Shown one piece after another: positions 1 to 12,489 of a DNA stretch of 64,000 nucleotides (the first letter of the stretch is position 1; the number at the start of each line of letters is the position of its first letter). The stretch spans positions 62,868,001 to 62,932,000 of the forward strand of contig JAGIQG010000004.1 in the NCBI GenBank assembly GCA_024679065.1, written 5' to 3'. The translations under genes and the position numbers were made by a program. This stretch comes from Sphyrna mokarran. Its lineage: Eukaryota. The notes beneath the pieces are model-generated. The model was not told the DNA's origin. It ran no database searches and saw only the letters and a program-made list of their open reading frames with translations.

Positions 1-612
1 TATTGAGTCAGAATATAGTCACAATAGTTCGCCGAAGTAGTTACATCAGAATTTAATGCACTTTTATTACAATCTATTTCCCATGGTGAATTCTGTCGAC
101 GTTTCCAAGTATCGACATTGTAGTTGTTAGCTGCCTAATATCTGTTCCTCACTAGTTCTCACCTTGCTCTACTTTCTGACACAGATTAAAACTAGGCCCT
201 CCATTATTATGTAATATTATTTCAATAAATGTTTAAGATTTCACAATTTATAATATAGTGATATCTTCATCACCCGGAGTGTATATTTGCGATTGTCTAT
301 GCATGACCGTACTGCTGTCGTGTGGCTTCATTCAATACAGTTTATTTTTGCAAATGTATTTCGAGAAGTGTATAGCCTTATAGGAACTCAAAGTGATCCA
401 TGATTTGCAAAGGCCATGTATCATTTCCCAAACACCGGCACGCTATAGTTCTTAAAATGATATTCAGCAGTTGCCTTATTTTTTAATTCGTTGCAGTAAC
501 AACCCTGTATTGATTATAACATTTTTTTCTAAGTTGCGTTCTCAACTTGTTCTCGTCAATTCAAATATAGTCGTCGCAAACATAACGGACATGTCCATTT
601 ATCAATAATTAA

Positions 613-720
613 TGGGATTGGGGGTTATAGATAGGCCTGGGAGGTAGGGGTTTGATCGGAGCAACTTGTGGGCCGAAGGATCTATTTGTGCTGTAGTGTT
701 TTATTTTGTATGTTCTATGT
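613..720 (+). mobile_element. Short 3' fragment of a CR1 LINE (CR1-B-like)
   Basis: GGTTATAGATAG (GYR*) end of ORF2, then the GGGCCGAAGG..TGTGCTGTA 3' UTR and TTCTATG tail; tail-to-tail with the next element. Confidence 0.8.
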
Positions 721-721
721 T

Positions 722-3666
722 AACATAGAACAATACAGCACAAACAGGCCCTTCGGCCCACGAGTTGCACCGATCACATCTACCATTCCACAGACCTATC
801 TATAACCCCCTATCCTATTCTTTTCCATATACTCATCCAGAAATCTTTTAAAAGACTTCAGTGAGTTTGCCTCAACAACCTCCGACGGCAGTCGGTTCCA
901 TTCACTCACCACCCTCTGAGTGAAAAACTTATCCCTGACATCTCCTTTGTATTTGCTTCCCTGCACCTTAAATCTGTGTCCTCTCGTAGTGACCATTTCA
1001 GCTCGGGGAAATAGTCTCTGAGAGTCCACCCTATCTATTCCTCTCAACATTTTATAAACCTCTATCAGGTCGCCTCTCAACCTACGTCTCTCCAGTGAGA
1101 AGAGTCCCAGCTCCCTCAACCTATCTTCATAAGGCCTGCCTCCCAATCCAGGCAGCATCCTTGTAAATCTCCTCTGAACTCTCTCAATAGCCTCTACATC
1201 CTTCCTATAATGAGGCGACCAGAACTGCGCACAATACTCCAACTGGGGTCTGACAAGAGTCTTATAGAGCTGCATCATTACCGCCTGACTCCTAAACTCT
1301 ATCCCTCGATTAATGAAGGCCAGTACACCGTACGCCTTCTTGACCACTTTCTCCACCTGCGATTTAAGAGTCCTATGGACCCGGACCCCGAGATCTTTCT
1401 GCTCTATAACACAGCTAAGACTCCTACCCCTTATATTGTACTCCTTCATCCCATTATTCCTGCCAAAATGGACCACTACGCATTTATTCGCGTTGAAGTC
1501 CATCTGCCACTTCTCCGCCCAGTCTTGCATCCTGTCTATGTCCCACTGCAACTTTCAGCATCCCTCCAGACTATCCACAACAACACCGGCCTTTGTATCG
1601 TCGGTGAACTTACTAATCCATCCCTCCACTTCCTCATCCAGGTCATTTATGAAAATGACAAACAGCAGGGGTCCCAGAACAGATCCCTGGGGCACTCCAC
1701 CGGTTACCGACCTCCATGCAGAACAAGACCCATCCACAACCACTCTCTGCCTTCTGCCGTGAAGCCAGTTCTGGATCCACGAGGCCAAACCCCCTTGGAT
1801 CCCATGAACTCTCACCTTCTCCAGAAGCCTTGCATGTTGGACCTTATCAAACGCCTTACTAAAGTCCATGTACACTACGCCCACCGCCCTTCCTTCGTCA
1901 ATGTGTTCAGTCACATTTTTGAAGAACTCAGCTAAGCTCGTAAGGCATGATCTGCCCTTGACAAAACCATGCTGACAATTTCTAATCAGTCCAAACTTCT
2001 CCAAATGTTCATATATCTCATCCCTCAGAAGCCTCTCCATCAGCTTATCAACCACTGAAGTAAATTCCTGGACTATCCCAATTCCCTTTCTTAAAGATAG
2101 GAACCACATCCACAATCCTCCAGTCTTCCAGAACCTCTCCCGTTTCCATGGACGACGCAAAGATCATCGCCAGGGGCTCTACAACCACTTCGCTCACCTC
2201 CCACAATAACCTGGGGTACATCCCATCCGGTCCCAGCGACTTGTCTATCTTGATAGAATTTAACAGGTCTAACACATCCTCTTTCCTAACATCCACATAC
2301 TCAATCTTTTCCGTATGCCTCAAACCTGCAGTGCAATCTCCCAGTTCAGTTTCCACTGTGAATACCGAGGCAAAGTACTCGTTAAGCACCTCTGCCATTT
2401 CTTCCGGATTCACATGGAATTTTAGCCCTTCACCTTTTATAACCCCTATCCCTTCTCTTCTCATCCTTTTACTTTTCACATATTTGTAGAAGGCCTTGGG
2501 ATTTTCCTTAATCTTACCTGCCAAGGCCTTCTCATGACCTCTTCTGGCTCTCATAATTTCCTTTTTAGTTCCATTCTACACACCTTATACTCCTCTAGAT
2601 CCCTAAAATCCCCTAGCTCTCTGAACCTTTTATATACCTTTTTTTTCTTCCTAACTAGGTTCACCACTACCTTCGTGCACCACGGTTCCCAGGTCCTACC
2701 AGAACCTCCTTGACTCCTCGCAACGTTGTCTTGCAGTGCCCCAGACAAACATTCCTTGAAAAACCCCCACTTTCCTTCTGTACTCTTCCCCAAGAACACC
2801 TCCTTCCAGTTTATGCGTCCAATTACCTGCCTAATGTTTTCATATTTCCCCTTATTCCAGACGTACACCTTCCTAGCCTGCCTGATCCTATCTCTTTCCA
2901 TCGCTGTCGTGAAAATATAGAATTATGATCTCCATTCCCAAGATGCTCACCTACCGTGAGATCCGACACCTGCCCTGGCTCATTAGCAAGCATCAGGTCA
3001 AGTACAGCCTCTCTTCTCGTAGGCTTTTCCACGTACTGTGTCAGAAAACCTTCCTGAACACACCTAACAAACTCCACACCATCCACACCCCTTACCCTTG
3101 GGATATTCCAGTCGGTGTTTGTGAAATTGAAATCTCCCATCACGATAACCCTGTTATTTCTGCATCTGTCTAGGATCTGTTTCCCTATCTTCACCTCAAG
3201 TTCCCTGTCGCTATTGGGCGGCCTATAGAATACACCCAGCAAAGTTATCGACACTTTGCTGCTCCTAACTTCCACCCACAGAGACTCCACAGACATTCCC
3301 TCCCCATCTTCCACCTTCTCTACAGCCATGACACTGTCCCTGATCAACAGTGCCACACCACCTCCTCTTTGGCCCCAACCCTGTCCCTTCTGAAGCATCT
3401 GAATCCCAGCACCTGAAGTACCCAGTCCTGTCCCTGAGACAACCAAGTCTCTGTAATGGCCACCACATCACACTCCCAAGCAGCAATCCACGCCCTAAGC
3501 TCATCTACCTTATTTACTACACTCCTGGCATTAAAATAGACACACCTCAGCCCCTCAGTCAGGCCATTTCCCTTTTCCACCACCTGCCTAACCCCCCTCT
3601 CAGTGTGCCTGCAGTCCTTCCCTCCCTGGGAACTAACCTCCTTATTCACCGTCCCATCGATATTCC
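722..3666 (-). mobile_element. CR1 LINE family A, 5'-truncated, frameshifted ORF2 (APE endonuclease + RT)
   Basis: ORF pieces [52 protein letters not shown], ending IGGYR* at 796; CR1 3' UTR with (CATAGAA) tail on + strand. Confidence 0.97.
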
Positions 3667-4049
3667 CATCGATGTTTTAATTTACATTTTCCCTCGTAAT
3701 TTTGCTTTGCACTTTTCCAGTGCGATCACTTACTCTTTGTAATGAGCTGGCGAATAAGATACCTGGAGCTCTAAATTTGGAACACCCACTGCTTCATCAA
3801 TGGTACAATAACTTCCATTTTTTCTTCTGCACTAAACACAATTATTCCCCATGTCTCCTGAACAACTTGCTTCATTCCTTTAAGGGATTGTTGATATGCT
3901 ACCCAAGACCAAATATCCCTCAACACTTGTTGGACGTAGAAACAATACGTGTCCCCAAGCCTTGCTTGCCTTCACAATTTTCCCTTTGATTTGCAGAGCA
4001 AATCATGTTCCGGACAATTGATCTTTTTTTTCCTCCAGGGTTCTAGGGG

Positions 4050-4690
4050 AGGAGGAAATAAAATGGCGTGAATGTCCATCTAAGTACCTAACCGTCCATC
4101 CTAAACTGACCCCCTAATTCTATGGATGGGCGGACGCCAAAATCGCCATGTAAAAATGACCATTTAAAATTAAAAACCCGTTTTATGAAGCCGATCAGTC
4201 CTACAATACAATGACCACACTGTAAAGCGTTAACCTCGATGAATAAACGGTGGGAAAAAAGGAATTGCCGTTCTTCTATGGCCGCCTTCTGCTCACAGCG
4301 GGTTGGCGCCTTTAGACTGATGTTTCTTACCCTCTTCCACCCACTTCTAATCCCATGCCACCAACTCAAACCCATCCCCTCCGACTCCTCCCCCGAACGC
4401 TATGCACTGTCCTTATCCTGAAGAAGGGATAAGAGCCTTCCGGCTCTTTTTCTCAGTTAAGGTGGCGGCAACAGCCATTACCCCATCCGTGGCGCTGTCA
4501 GGGCTGGCAGAACTGCTGGTCCATTGGTTTAGTAGGTTGCTTCAGAGGGTGGGGCAACGATGCATTTGGCCTTCGTTAATGAATCTTCTAGTTCTTTAAT
4601 ATTGAGGGATTTTTCGGCGTGTTGTCACTCCACTTCACGCCGACAAGGATTGAGGGAAGCGCGAGGAATGGGCATGTGCATTCTGCCCAC
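4050..4690. repeat. Degenerate GC-rich interspersed repeat, possibly Harbinger-derived non-autonomous element
   Basis: GC-rich island ending ATTCTGCCC; resembles the terminus style of the element at 24621; no coding signal. Confidence 0.25.
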
Positions 4691-5556
4691 ATAGCAATCG
4701 GATACCGTTTGGAATTGGTCTCTCTATCCATTGCACAGGCATATTGGCATCAAGTGCAACACTCATATATTTCCGTTATTTTTAAGTGCAAATAATTGCT
4801 GCATAAGTCGATAAGGAAACGATCTCGTATGTTCTAAGCGCTGTGGAACCACTATTGAAAGAACAATCCAGTCAAAATAAAAATCATGTCAACCTTTGAT
4901 TATTTTCAGTGAGGGAACAGCGTCTCTTATTCCGCTGGGAATGTTTTTTTACTTGTCTTGCCAGTCAAATGTTTGTTGAAACTCACCAATCTCTTTCAAC
5001 TGTTGTTTAATTTCCTCGAACAATTCAATCAATGTCGTCAAACGCACTCAATCTCAATCATTCCTCTGGGTCCTCTTAATTAACCGCTGTGATTCGAAAA
5101 TACAATGAGTAACGCGCCACAAAATGACTAATTTATTTGTCAGAAACCTGGATGACACTGGCGGATCTGTTATTGCTGCCGCTTTTTTAACAATGCTACA
5201 ATGATAGAGGTACCAAATTCCTTCTGAAAGACGCCCAAGGCGACAAGGGGATTGGAAAATGATGTGCAGCTCATGTGCTGTTTTCTCTATTGCTTCTGTT
5301 TGCAGCCTTATAAATTTTATCCGTAGTATCACATAACGGTTATCTGCGCGGCAAAAATGAATTTCATGTATTTCCCTATCTCGTCCTTCACTTGGAAAAT
5401 TACACCACTGTTATTATTATGGCAGAGTGTCTGTATTTTACATTACTTGCACGATTTAAAATGTTTTCGTTTTCCCAACGCAGGGCGAGGCAAATGTAAT
5501 ATTAAAAACAGCCCTGCTAAACGGGAAATTGTGGGTCATTATTGTAGATATTTCTT

Positions 5557-5980
5557 TCACAATCTGATGAGGCGGAGTACAGGAAAGAGATAGCAAATCT
5601 GATTAATTGGTGCAACAACAATAATCTCTCCCTCAATGCAAATAAAAGGAAGAAAATTGTCATCGACTTCCGAAAGTGAACGTTAATGGGGATGAAGTGG
5701 AAATCTTCCACAATTTCAGGTTTCAAGATTTTCAGATCACCAACCACCTGGCCTGGTCCCTTCACACCGACGCTATAATTACAAAAGCCTACCAGCGCAT
5801 TTACTTTATTTTGAGGCTAGGAAATTCGGCATGTCCACTGCGACTCTCACTAACGATACAGATGCACCATAGGAAGCATCCTTTCCGCATGTATCACAGT
5901 TTTGTATGGCTTCTGTTCTACCCTAGACGTAAGAAACTACAAACGATCATACAGAAGCCCTGTGCATCACTCAGATCAGA
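5557..5980 (+). mobile_element. Rex1/Babar-type LINE RT remnant
   Basis: Decayed frames EYRKEIANLINWCNNNNLSLNANK..IVIDFRK, NGDEVE, ITNHLAWSLHTDAIITKAYQRIYF. Confidence 0.75.
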
Positions 5981-6169
5981 CTCAGTGGCAATTTCCAATA
6001 CTTGCTTTTCCAGCTCCCTGTTCTTGTTAAAATACTCTTCTGGCTTATTCATATGACACATGAATATATGACTATGATATATAAAAATGACTATGCAATT
6101 TTTTCCTACCTGTCATTGTTACCAGATAATTCATCTATATTTCCTCTCGATCTGAGAACAAATGACCCC

Positions 6170-7350
6170 TAAACTTGGCCAACAAGGGATCTCCTACCAC
6201 TGGTAATTGCACATATACGTTATCCCCATGGGCAGACATAGAATTTTAGATTTCTTGTTTGCTTCTTGTTTCATTAGTTGCTGTGCCATTTGCAAAAGTT
6301 AGGTAGTTAATTCACCCATTCTGTTTAATCGTTCTTTTATCCTCAGCTATATGATACAACTGTGAGATCTCGTACTTTGAACCTACCAACTTTCCTTGAT
6401 GTATTTTGAAGGATCTTTTACATCATATAGAAGTATCAAATCAAATGGAGTAAACTGAGTCGGTCAAATTGGAGCATCTTTAATAGCAAATAATATAAAT
6501 TTAAAGGATGTCTTTATCTCAATCAGTTGGGTAACCCTGGCAATAAGTCCTCAACGTGGTCTTTACAGCAGGATGCCAAATTTCCAATGTTAACTGAGAT
6601 TCAGGATAGCGCACACTTGAGATAAATTGTCTGATGTATAAAATAGCCATGATGTCCTTAAATAATTCGGCTGTAAAATTGAACATTTGGTCTGACTGAA
6701 TCTCCCTGAGTAATCCATAACGAGTAAAGAAAGCAAGCAATCCCTTCACAACCTTTCTTACCTTGATAGTTCTGTGGAAACCTGGTGGACACACCCATTG
6801 CAGTTAGCACATATTGGTTCCCACTTTTGGTTTTAAGGAGGTGATCTACACAATCAACTACAATCCATGTAAAAAGCTCTTCAAATAAAGGAAGTGGCAG
6901 CAAGGGTGCTAATTTATTGCTGCCTCTGGCTTTTTTACCATCTGACATGCATGATAGGTTTGGCAAAGTTCAAGCACGTCTCTATGTAAGCAATAAAAGT
7001 GCTCCTGTACCTTAACCGGAGTCCTCCTCAATTCTAAATGACCATGTACAGGTAATTGACTCACAATACCTTTTTGTATTCCACCGGCAACATAGTTTGG
7101 TGAGCGTCTGTCCATTTCTCACTGCAGTAATCTGTCAAGATCTGCTTTTTTGCCTTAAGATTTTATTCTTCATGTAATAGCATCCTGGAATACACTCTCA
7201 TTCCTTTTCTCTGTAGGCTTTATGATATAAATCGATCATTATCTCATCTTTCTGTTGTGACTCCATTAGTCGTTCAGAACTAGTCACTTCTGTCTGTTCC
7301 TTTACCTGTTTAGGTGTTTTCGTTTACTAACTCATCGAACATAGTGGCAT
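6170..7350 (-). mobile_element. Gypsy LTR-retrotransposon integrase remnant
   Basis: GHL..CQTYHACQMV zinc-finger relic; IVVDCVDHLLKTKSGNQYVLT, FFTRYGLLREIQSDQ, YPESQ..LE integrase core across frameshifts. Confidence 0.85.
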
Positions 7351-7445
7351 ATCAAAATTCTCATAATAGAATCGGCTTACCGGTAACAAAACATCAAGTA
7401 ATTTTCAAATTGATTGTTAAAAATGCAAAAACATGTTCGAGTTCA

Positions 7446-7817
7446 AGTGCTTCACGTCGTTAGTGTACGCTTGACCTGGATCATTTGATGGGCAACATGA
7501 CAGCTCAGTGACTATCGCTGTGCTGTGCAGATACATGGATTTGGGCCTGTGTCTGTGGGAGTTTGCGTATTCTCCCCGTGCTTGCGTGGGTTTTCTCCGG
7601 GAGCTCCGGTTTCCTCCCACATCCCAAAGATGTGCTCTTAGGCTAATTGGCAAAACAAATTCTCCCTAAATTGTCTCAAATTTGGTTTTTAATCCATGGA
7701 TCTATAAACATGGACAGGGATCATGGGTGGGGGTGGGGGCGTCAGGGTGGCGGCGTGGACTCGTTGGGCCGGGGGGCCTGTTTCCCGTGCTGTTTTGTTC
7801 TTTGTTCTTCTTTGTTT
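7446..7817 (+). mobile_element. CR1-C 3' UTR fragment (SINE-containing end)
   Basis: Matches the 3' part of the copies at 16379 and 30092; (TTGTTCT) tail. Confidence 0.9.
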
Positions 7818-8477
7818 TGCCTCTAGCGCATTGTTTCAGCCTTCGTACTGCTTGCACCTGCTTCAGGTCAGTAAAGAACAATATTACCTTTTCGAACAAT
7901 ACCATGGAATTTCACAACTCTTAGCATTTCAGAAGTTTTAAAAATAATTTTACAATCACTCATTACACAGCAGTTCAGTACTCCATGTGGGCTGGTAGTT
8001 ATTGCACGGGGGGCAGTGACCTTTAGGGGAGTAATGTCTTCCTTCCAGCATCCCTCCAGATGAACAGCAAAGTGACTGACTCTTCAGTGCCATCTGAAGT
8101 GACGCAGAAATTCATTCAGGATACTACATTCTGGACAATAAATCACTGTTTTCTCGAACTGAAGCCAGGAAAAAAATAGGAAAAAAAATGCAAAGGTCAT
8201 GTATACTTATCTTGATGACGATAGACTGTAATAGATTTTGAAATGGCGTAGTGATTTGTAGATTTCTGATTCGGAAGGCTGAGTAGAAGATATGTTCTGC
8301 ACCCCCATGACAATGTTAGTTGATGGAGATCTACAAACAAGCTTAGAATTTGATGATTATAGATCTAGCAGAGAGGTGCAATATAACTGTCATGAAAACT
8401 AGTGGGGTTGAAGAACTTAAGACTTTTTTTTCATAAGTATCTAAGTTGTGTGCAGAGATATCTAATGTTTAGTTTAG

Positions 8478-8770
8478 AATCATAGAATCAGAAAGCACAG
8501 AAGAGACTCTTTGGCCTATCAAGTCCACACTGACAAATTAGAAAAACATAAACTCTCACCTATCCCATTAGTCAACATTTGTCCCAAAGTCTTTAGTGCT
8601 ATGATGGGCGAAGAGCTCATTTGTTTTTTTTTTAATGTATGAGGCAGTTCACATCTACCATTCTGCCAAGCAATGCATTCCAGACTGTCACTATCCCCTG
8701 GATTAAAAAAAAAATCTTTCACGTCCTCCTCAATCTCCTCACCGTCACCTTGGACCTATGTCCCATTGTG
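8478..8770 (-). mobile_element. Old CR1 3' fragment
   Basis: CATAGAATC tail, degenerate 3' UTR and ORF2 C-terminal relic. Confidence 0.6.
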
Positions 8771-8804
8771 GCTGAAACTCACTTTCTTACTTTGTTTATT
8801 AACA

Positions 8805-10110
8805 CCGGTACACAAAACACAGAATAAATCCAAGCTGTCCAATTACCCTCTAATTAACCTACTCTTGATAGTTCATAAAGTAATAGAACAGGCCATCAAC
8901 ATCACCATCAACAGCATCTGTTCAGCAAAAATCTGCTCAGTAATGTGGAGTTTGGCTTTGCCCAGTGTCACTTAGCTCCTGACCTCATCACAGCCTTGAT
9001 TCAAACATGAATAAAAAAAGTTGAATTCTCGAGTTGATGTGAAAATGACAACCTTTGGAATCAAGACAGCATTCTATCCAAGTGTGACATTAACGAATCT
9101 TAGCAAAACTGGAATCAACGAGTATAAGGGGCAAACTCTCTTTTGGTTGCATCACTGGGCAAGTTGTTGCTGAGGAGGTGCTGTTTGATAGTGCTGCTGC
9201 TGGCCCCTTCCATGACTTGGTACAAAGGAGAATTATTTTGGTTGTGGGGGATAGCCATCTCAGTTCCAGAACATCCCTGCACGTCTGCCTCAGGGTAATG
9301 TTGTAGGCCCAACCATCTTCAACTGTTTCATCAATAACTTTCCTTTCATCATCATGTCAGAAACGAAGACATTCGCCAGTGATTGCACATATATTCATGG
9401 TTCTTCACACACTGAAGTAATCAATTTCAAATGCAAAAAGGCCTGGACAATACACAGGCTTGAGTTGAGAAACTGCAATTAATGTTTGTGCCAAATAAAT
9501 GCCAGGCAATGACAATCATGCATAAGACAGTATCTAACACTGTCCCTTGGCACTCAATATCGCCACCATCATTGAATCCTCCATTTTAAACATTCTTGGG
9601 GTGACCATTGATGCGAGAAGGTCAGATAGTAGATTAACTGTGGCGAGTGACTCATCTCGTGATTCTTGTCCACCTTATAAAAAGCAGAAGTCATGGGTGG
9701 GATGGAATATTGTCATGAGTCTGGATTAGTGCAGCTGCAACAACACTCAAGCAGCTTGACACCATTCAGGAAATGCAGCTACAAAATGGCATCACAAACT
9801 CAAACACCCACTCCCTCCACCACCGATGTTCAGTCGCAGCAATGTGGACGATCTACAAGCTGCATCGCAGAAATTCACCAAAGATCCTGAAACAACACCT
9901 TCCAAACCCGTCACCACTTTCATCTTGAACGATATGGGCAGCAAGTACATCAAACGACGACACCTGCAGGCATTGTGTGTTAGCCCACAGCAAGTGGACA
10001 GCCGAGTTTCAAGAAGGCAGCTCATTACGGCCTTCTCAAAGGCAATGAGGAATGGGCAATTATGCTGGACTGCCAGCAGTGTTCGTGGTACACATATGAA
10101 TATATTTAAA
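8805..10110 (+). mobile_element. Old L2/CR1-group LINE, decayed RT and 3' end
   Basis: HKTQNKSKLSNYPLINLLLIVHKVIE relic (SNYRPISLLS type), PQG..LGPTIF, FASD relic of FADD; 3' end GGGCAAT..TGCTGG..GCCAGC shared with 60700-61840. Confidence 0.75.
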
Positions 10111-10649
10111 AAGTGGATATTTGCATCTTAATTTTAAGGAACGAATGGAAAAGCGTCAGTGTGGGCTAGTCCGTTTAAGGAACATCTACCTCAAACACGC
10201 AACTTCCTGTTTCTGAGTTAATTTTAAGTTTCCCGCTAGTATACAGGGTCTTCTGGGTGATGGAAACTTAAATTAGAGCGCCCTTTCGGAATCTCCGCAT
10301 ACTCGATGTTGCCAGTAGCCCCATTCTTGTACGTGAATCAGCTGTTCAACCTCAATTTGAGTTTGAGAGAAGAGAAACAAAAAGATATCAGGCTGAAAGT
10401 GCCAATACCTGGAGCCGTATCCAACAGGCATTTTCACATTCATAAGCTCGACAGGCCAGTTTAATCTTAGAAGTCGCGGAGCCATGATAGTGCGATCATC
10501 GTAACGCCAATTTAAGTGTTTTCACAGCACTAGGAAACCGTTTCCCAAATATTTGGCCTTGTATTGTGTGGTAACTGCAAGCTGGATTTGTGTCACAGAC
10601 TTAGTTAATTTGAACGGTTATTTAGGTTTGGGGAAGTTGGGTTTGGGTG

Positions 10650-11304
10650 GTGGAGCACACCGGAGGGTGTCCTCCTTCATAATAAGTACTCCTGCTTGAG
10701 TACCACAGGGTGGGACAACTCGTCCGAGGGAGGCTGCAGTGGCCCGCTCTCTAAACCTGAGCCAGTACGCCAAAAAGCTAAGGAAGAGAGAGGCAAGGCG
10801 ATACGAATAGGGGACTCCACTGTGAGAGGTTCAGACAGGCATTTTTGTAGACGCAGGCGAGAGTCGCGGATGGTGGTTTGTCTTCCTGGAGCTGGGATCC
10901 GAGATGTTTCTGGACGCCTCCCAGACATCCTGAAAGCGGAGGGTGAGGAACCTGAAGTTGTGGTGCATATAGGTACTGCAGAAATAGGCAGGAAGAGGGA
11001 GGCAGTCATCAAAAGGGATTATAGGGAACTGGATAGGAAGCTGAGGAAAAGGAAAGCGAAGGTAGTAATTTCAGGATTGCTGCCTGCGCCTCGGGAGAAT
11101 GAGAGCAGGAATAAAATGAGGTGAAGGATGAATGCATGGCTGAGGGACTGGAGCAAGGGGCAGGGATTCAGGTTCATAGATCATTGGGACCTCTTTAGGG
11201 GCAGGTGTGACCTGTATAGAAAGGACGGGTGGCACTTGAACTCTTGTGAGACTAATATCTTGGCAAGTAGACTAGCTCGGGCTACTGGGGGATCTTTAAA
11301 CTAG
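10650..11304 (+). pseudogene. CR1-A ORF1 C-terminal part, SGNH/GDSL esterase-like domain (internal TGA at 11122)
   Basis: IGDSTVRG, VCLPGA, VHIGTAEIG, KDGWHLN, ending GSLN* (TAG 11302-11304). Confidence 0.9.
11295..11301 (+). other. Candidate -1 frameshift slippery heptamer T_TTA_AAC, CR1-A
   Basis: In ORF1 phase (TCT TTA AAC TAG); -1 frame TTT AAA CTA GAA AAG... runs without a stop into ORF2. Confidence 0.65.
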
Positions 11305-12042
11305 AAAAGCTGGGGGGTAGGAATATCGATGGGATGGTGAATAAGGAGGTTAGTCCCCAGGTAGGGAAGGACTGTAGGCCCTCTGAGAGGGGGGTTAGGC
11401 AGGTGGTGGAAAAGGGAAATATCCTGACTGAGGGGCTGAGGTGTGTCTATTTTAATGCCAGGAGTGTAGTAAATAAGGTAGATGAGCTTAGGGCGTGGAT
11501 TGCTGCTTGGGAGTGTGATGTGGTGGCCATTACAGAGACTTGGTTGTCTCAGGGACAGGACTGGGTACTTCAGGTGCCGGAATTCAGATGCTTCAGGAGG
11601 GACAGGGTTGGGGCAAAAGAGGAGGTGGTGTGGCACTGTTGATCAGGGACAGTGTCATGGCTGTAGAGAAGGTGGAAGACGGGGAGGGAATGTCTACAGA
11701 TCTCTGTGGGTGGAAGTTAGGAACAGCAAAGGGTCGATAACTTTGCTGGGTGTATTCTATAGGCCGCCCAATAGCGACAGGGAACTTGAGGTGCAGATAG
11801 GGAAACAGATCCTACTCAGATGTAAAAATAACAGGGTTGTCGTGATGGGAGATTTCAATTTCCCAAACATCGACTGGAATATCCCAAGGGTAAGGGGTGT
11901 GGATGGTGTGGAGTTTGTTAGGTGTGTTCAGGAAGGTTTTCTGATACAGTACGTGGAAAAGCCTACGAGAGGAGAGGCTGTACTTGACCTGATGCTTGCT
12001 AATGAGCCAGGGCAGGTGTCGGATCACACGGTAGGTGAGCAT

Positions 12043-12060
12043 AAACAAAGAACAAAGAAT
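12043..12060 (-). mobile_element. Tail-only insertion of the CR1-C microsatellite tail
   Basis: AAACAAAGAACAAAGAAT interrupts GAGCAT|CTTGGG, which is intact in copy 722-3666; AT duplicated. Confidence 0.7.
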
Positions 12061-12172
12061 ATCTTGGGAATGGAGATCATAATTCTATATTTTTCACAAT
12101 AGCGATGGAAAGAGATAGGATCAGGCCGGCTAGGAAGGTGTATGTCTGGAATAAGGGGAAATATGAAAACAT

Positions 12173-12489
12173 ATCCTGACTGAGGCTCAGTGACTATCGC
12201 TGTGCTGTACAGATAGATGGATTTGGGCCTGTGTCTGTGAGAGTTTGCGCATTCTGCCCGTGCTTGCGTGAGTTTTCTCCGGGTGCTCCAGTTTCCACCC
12301 ACATCCCAAAGGTGTGCTTTTAGGGTAATTGGCAAAACAAATTCTCCGTAAATTGTCTCAAATTTGTTTTTTAATCCATAGATCTATAAACATGGACAGG
12401 AATCGTGGGTAGAGGTGGGAACATCGGGGTGGCGGCGCGGGTGCGCTGGGCCGAAGGGCCTGTTTCACGTTCTGTTTTGTTCTTTGTTC
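12173..12489 (+). mobile_element. CR1-C 3' fragment nested in CR1-A
   Basis: V-SINE core plus tail inserted at GAAAACAT|TAGG. Confidence 0.92.

Noticed and set aside
1210-1935. Long antisense ORFs over CR1 RT regions
   Set aside because: Shadow frames of ORF2 with no independent motifs
7417-7653. Recurrent ORF MPISLRAHLWDVGGNR.. in several places
   Set aside because: Antisense reading of the V-SINE core with a non-ATG start; recurrence reflects repeat copies
10236-10335. Minus-strand frame containing ITIM-like IEYAEI
   Set aside because: In-frame TGA just upstream with no good acceptor after it; overlaps an inverted repeat (TTAAGTTTCC/GGAAACTTAA) typical of repeat DNA; no linked receptor exons
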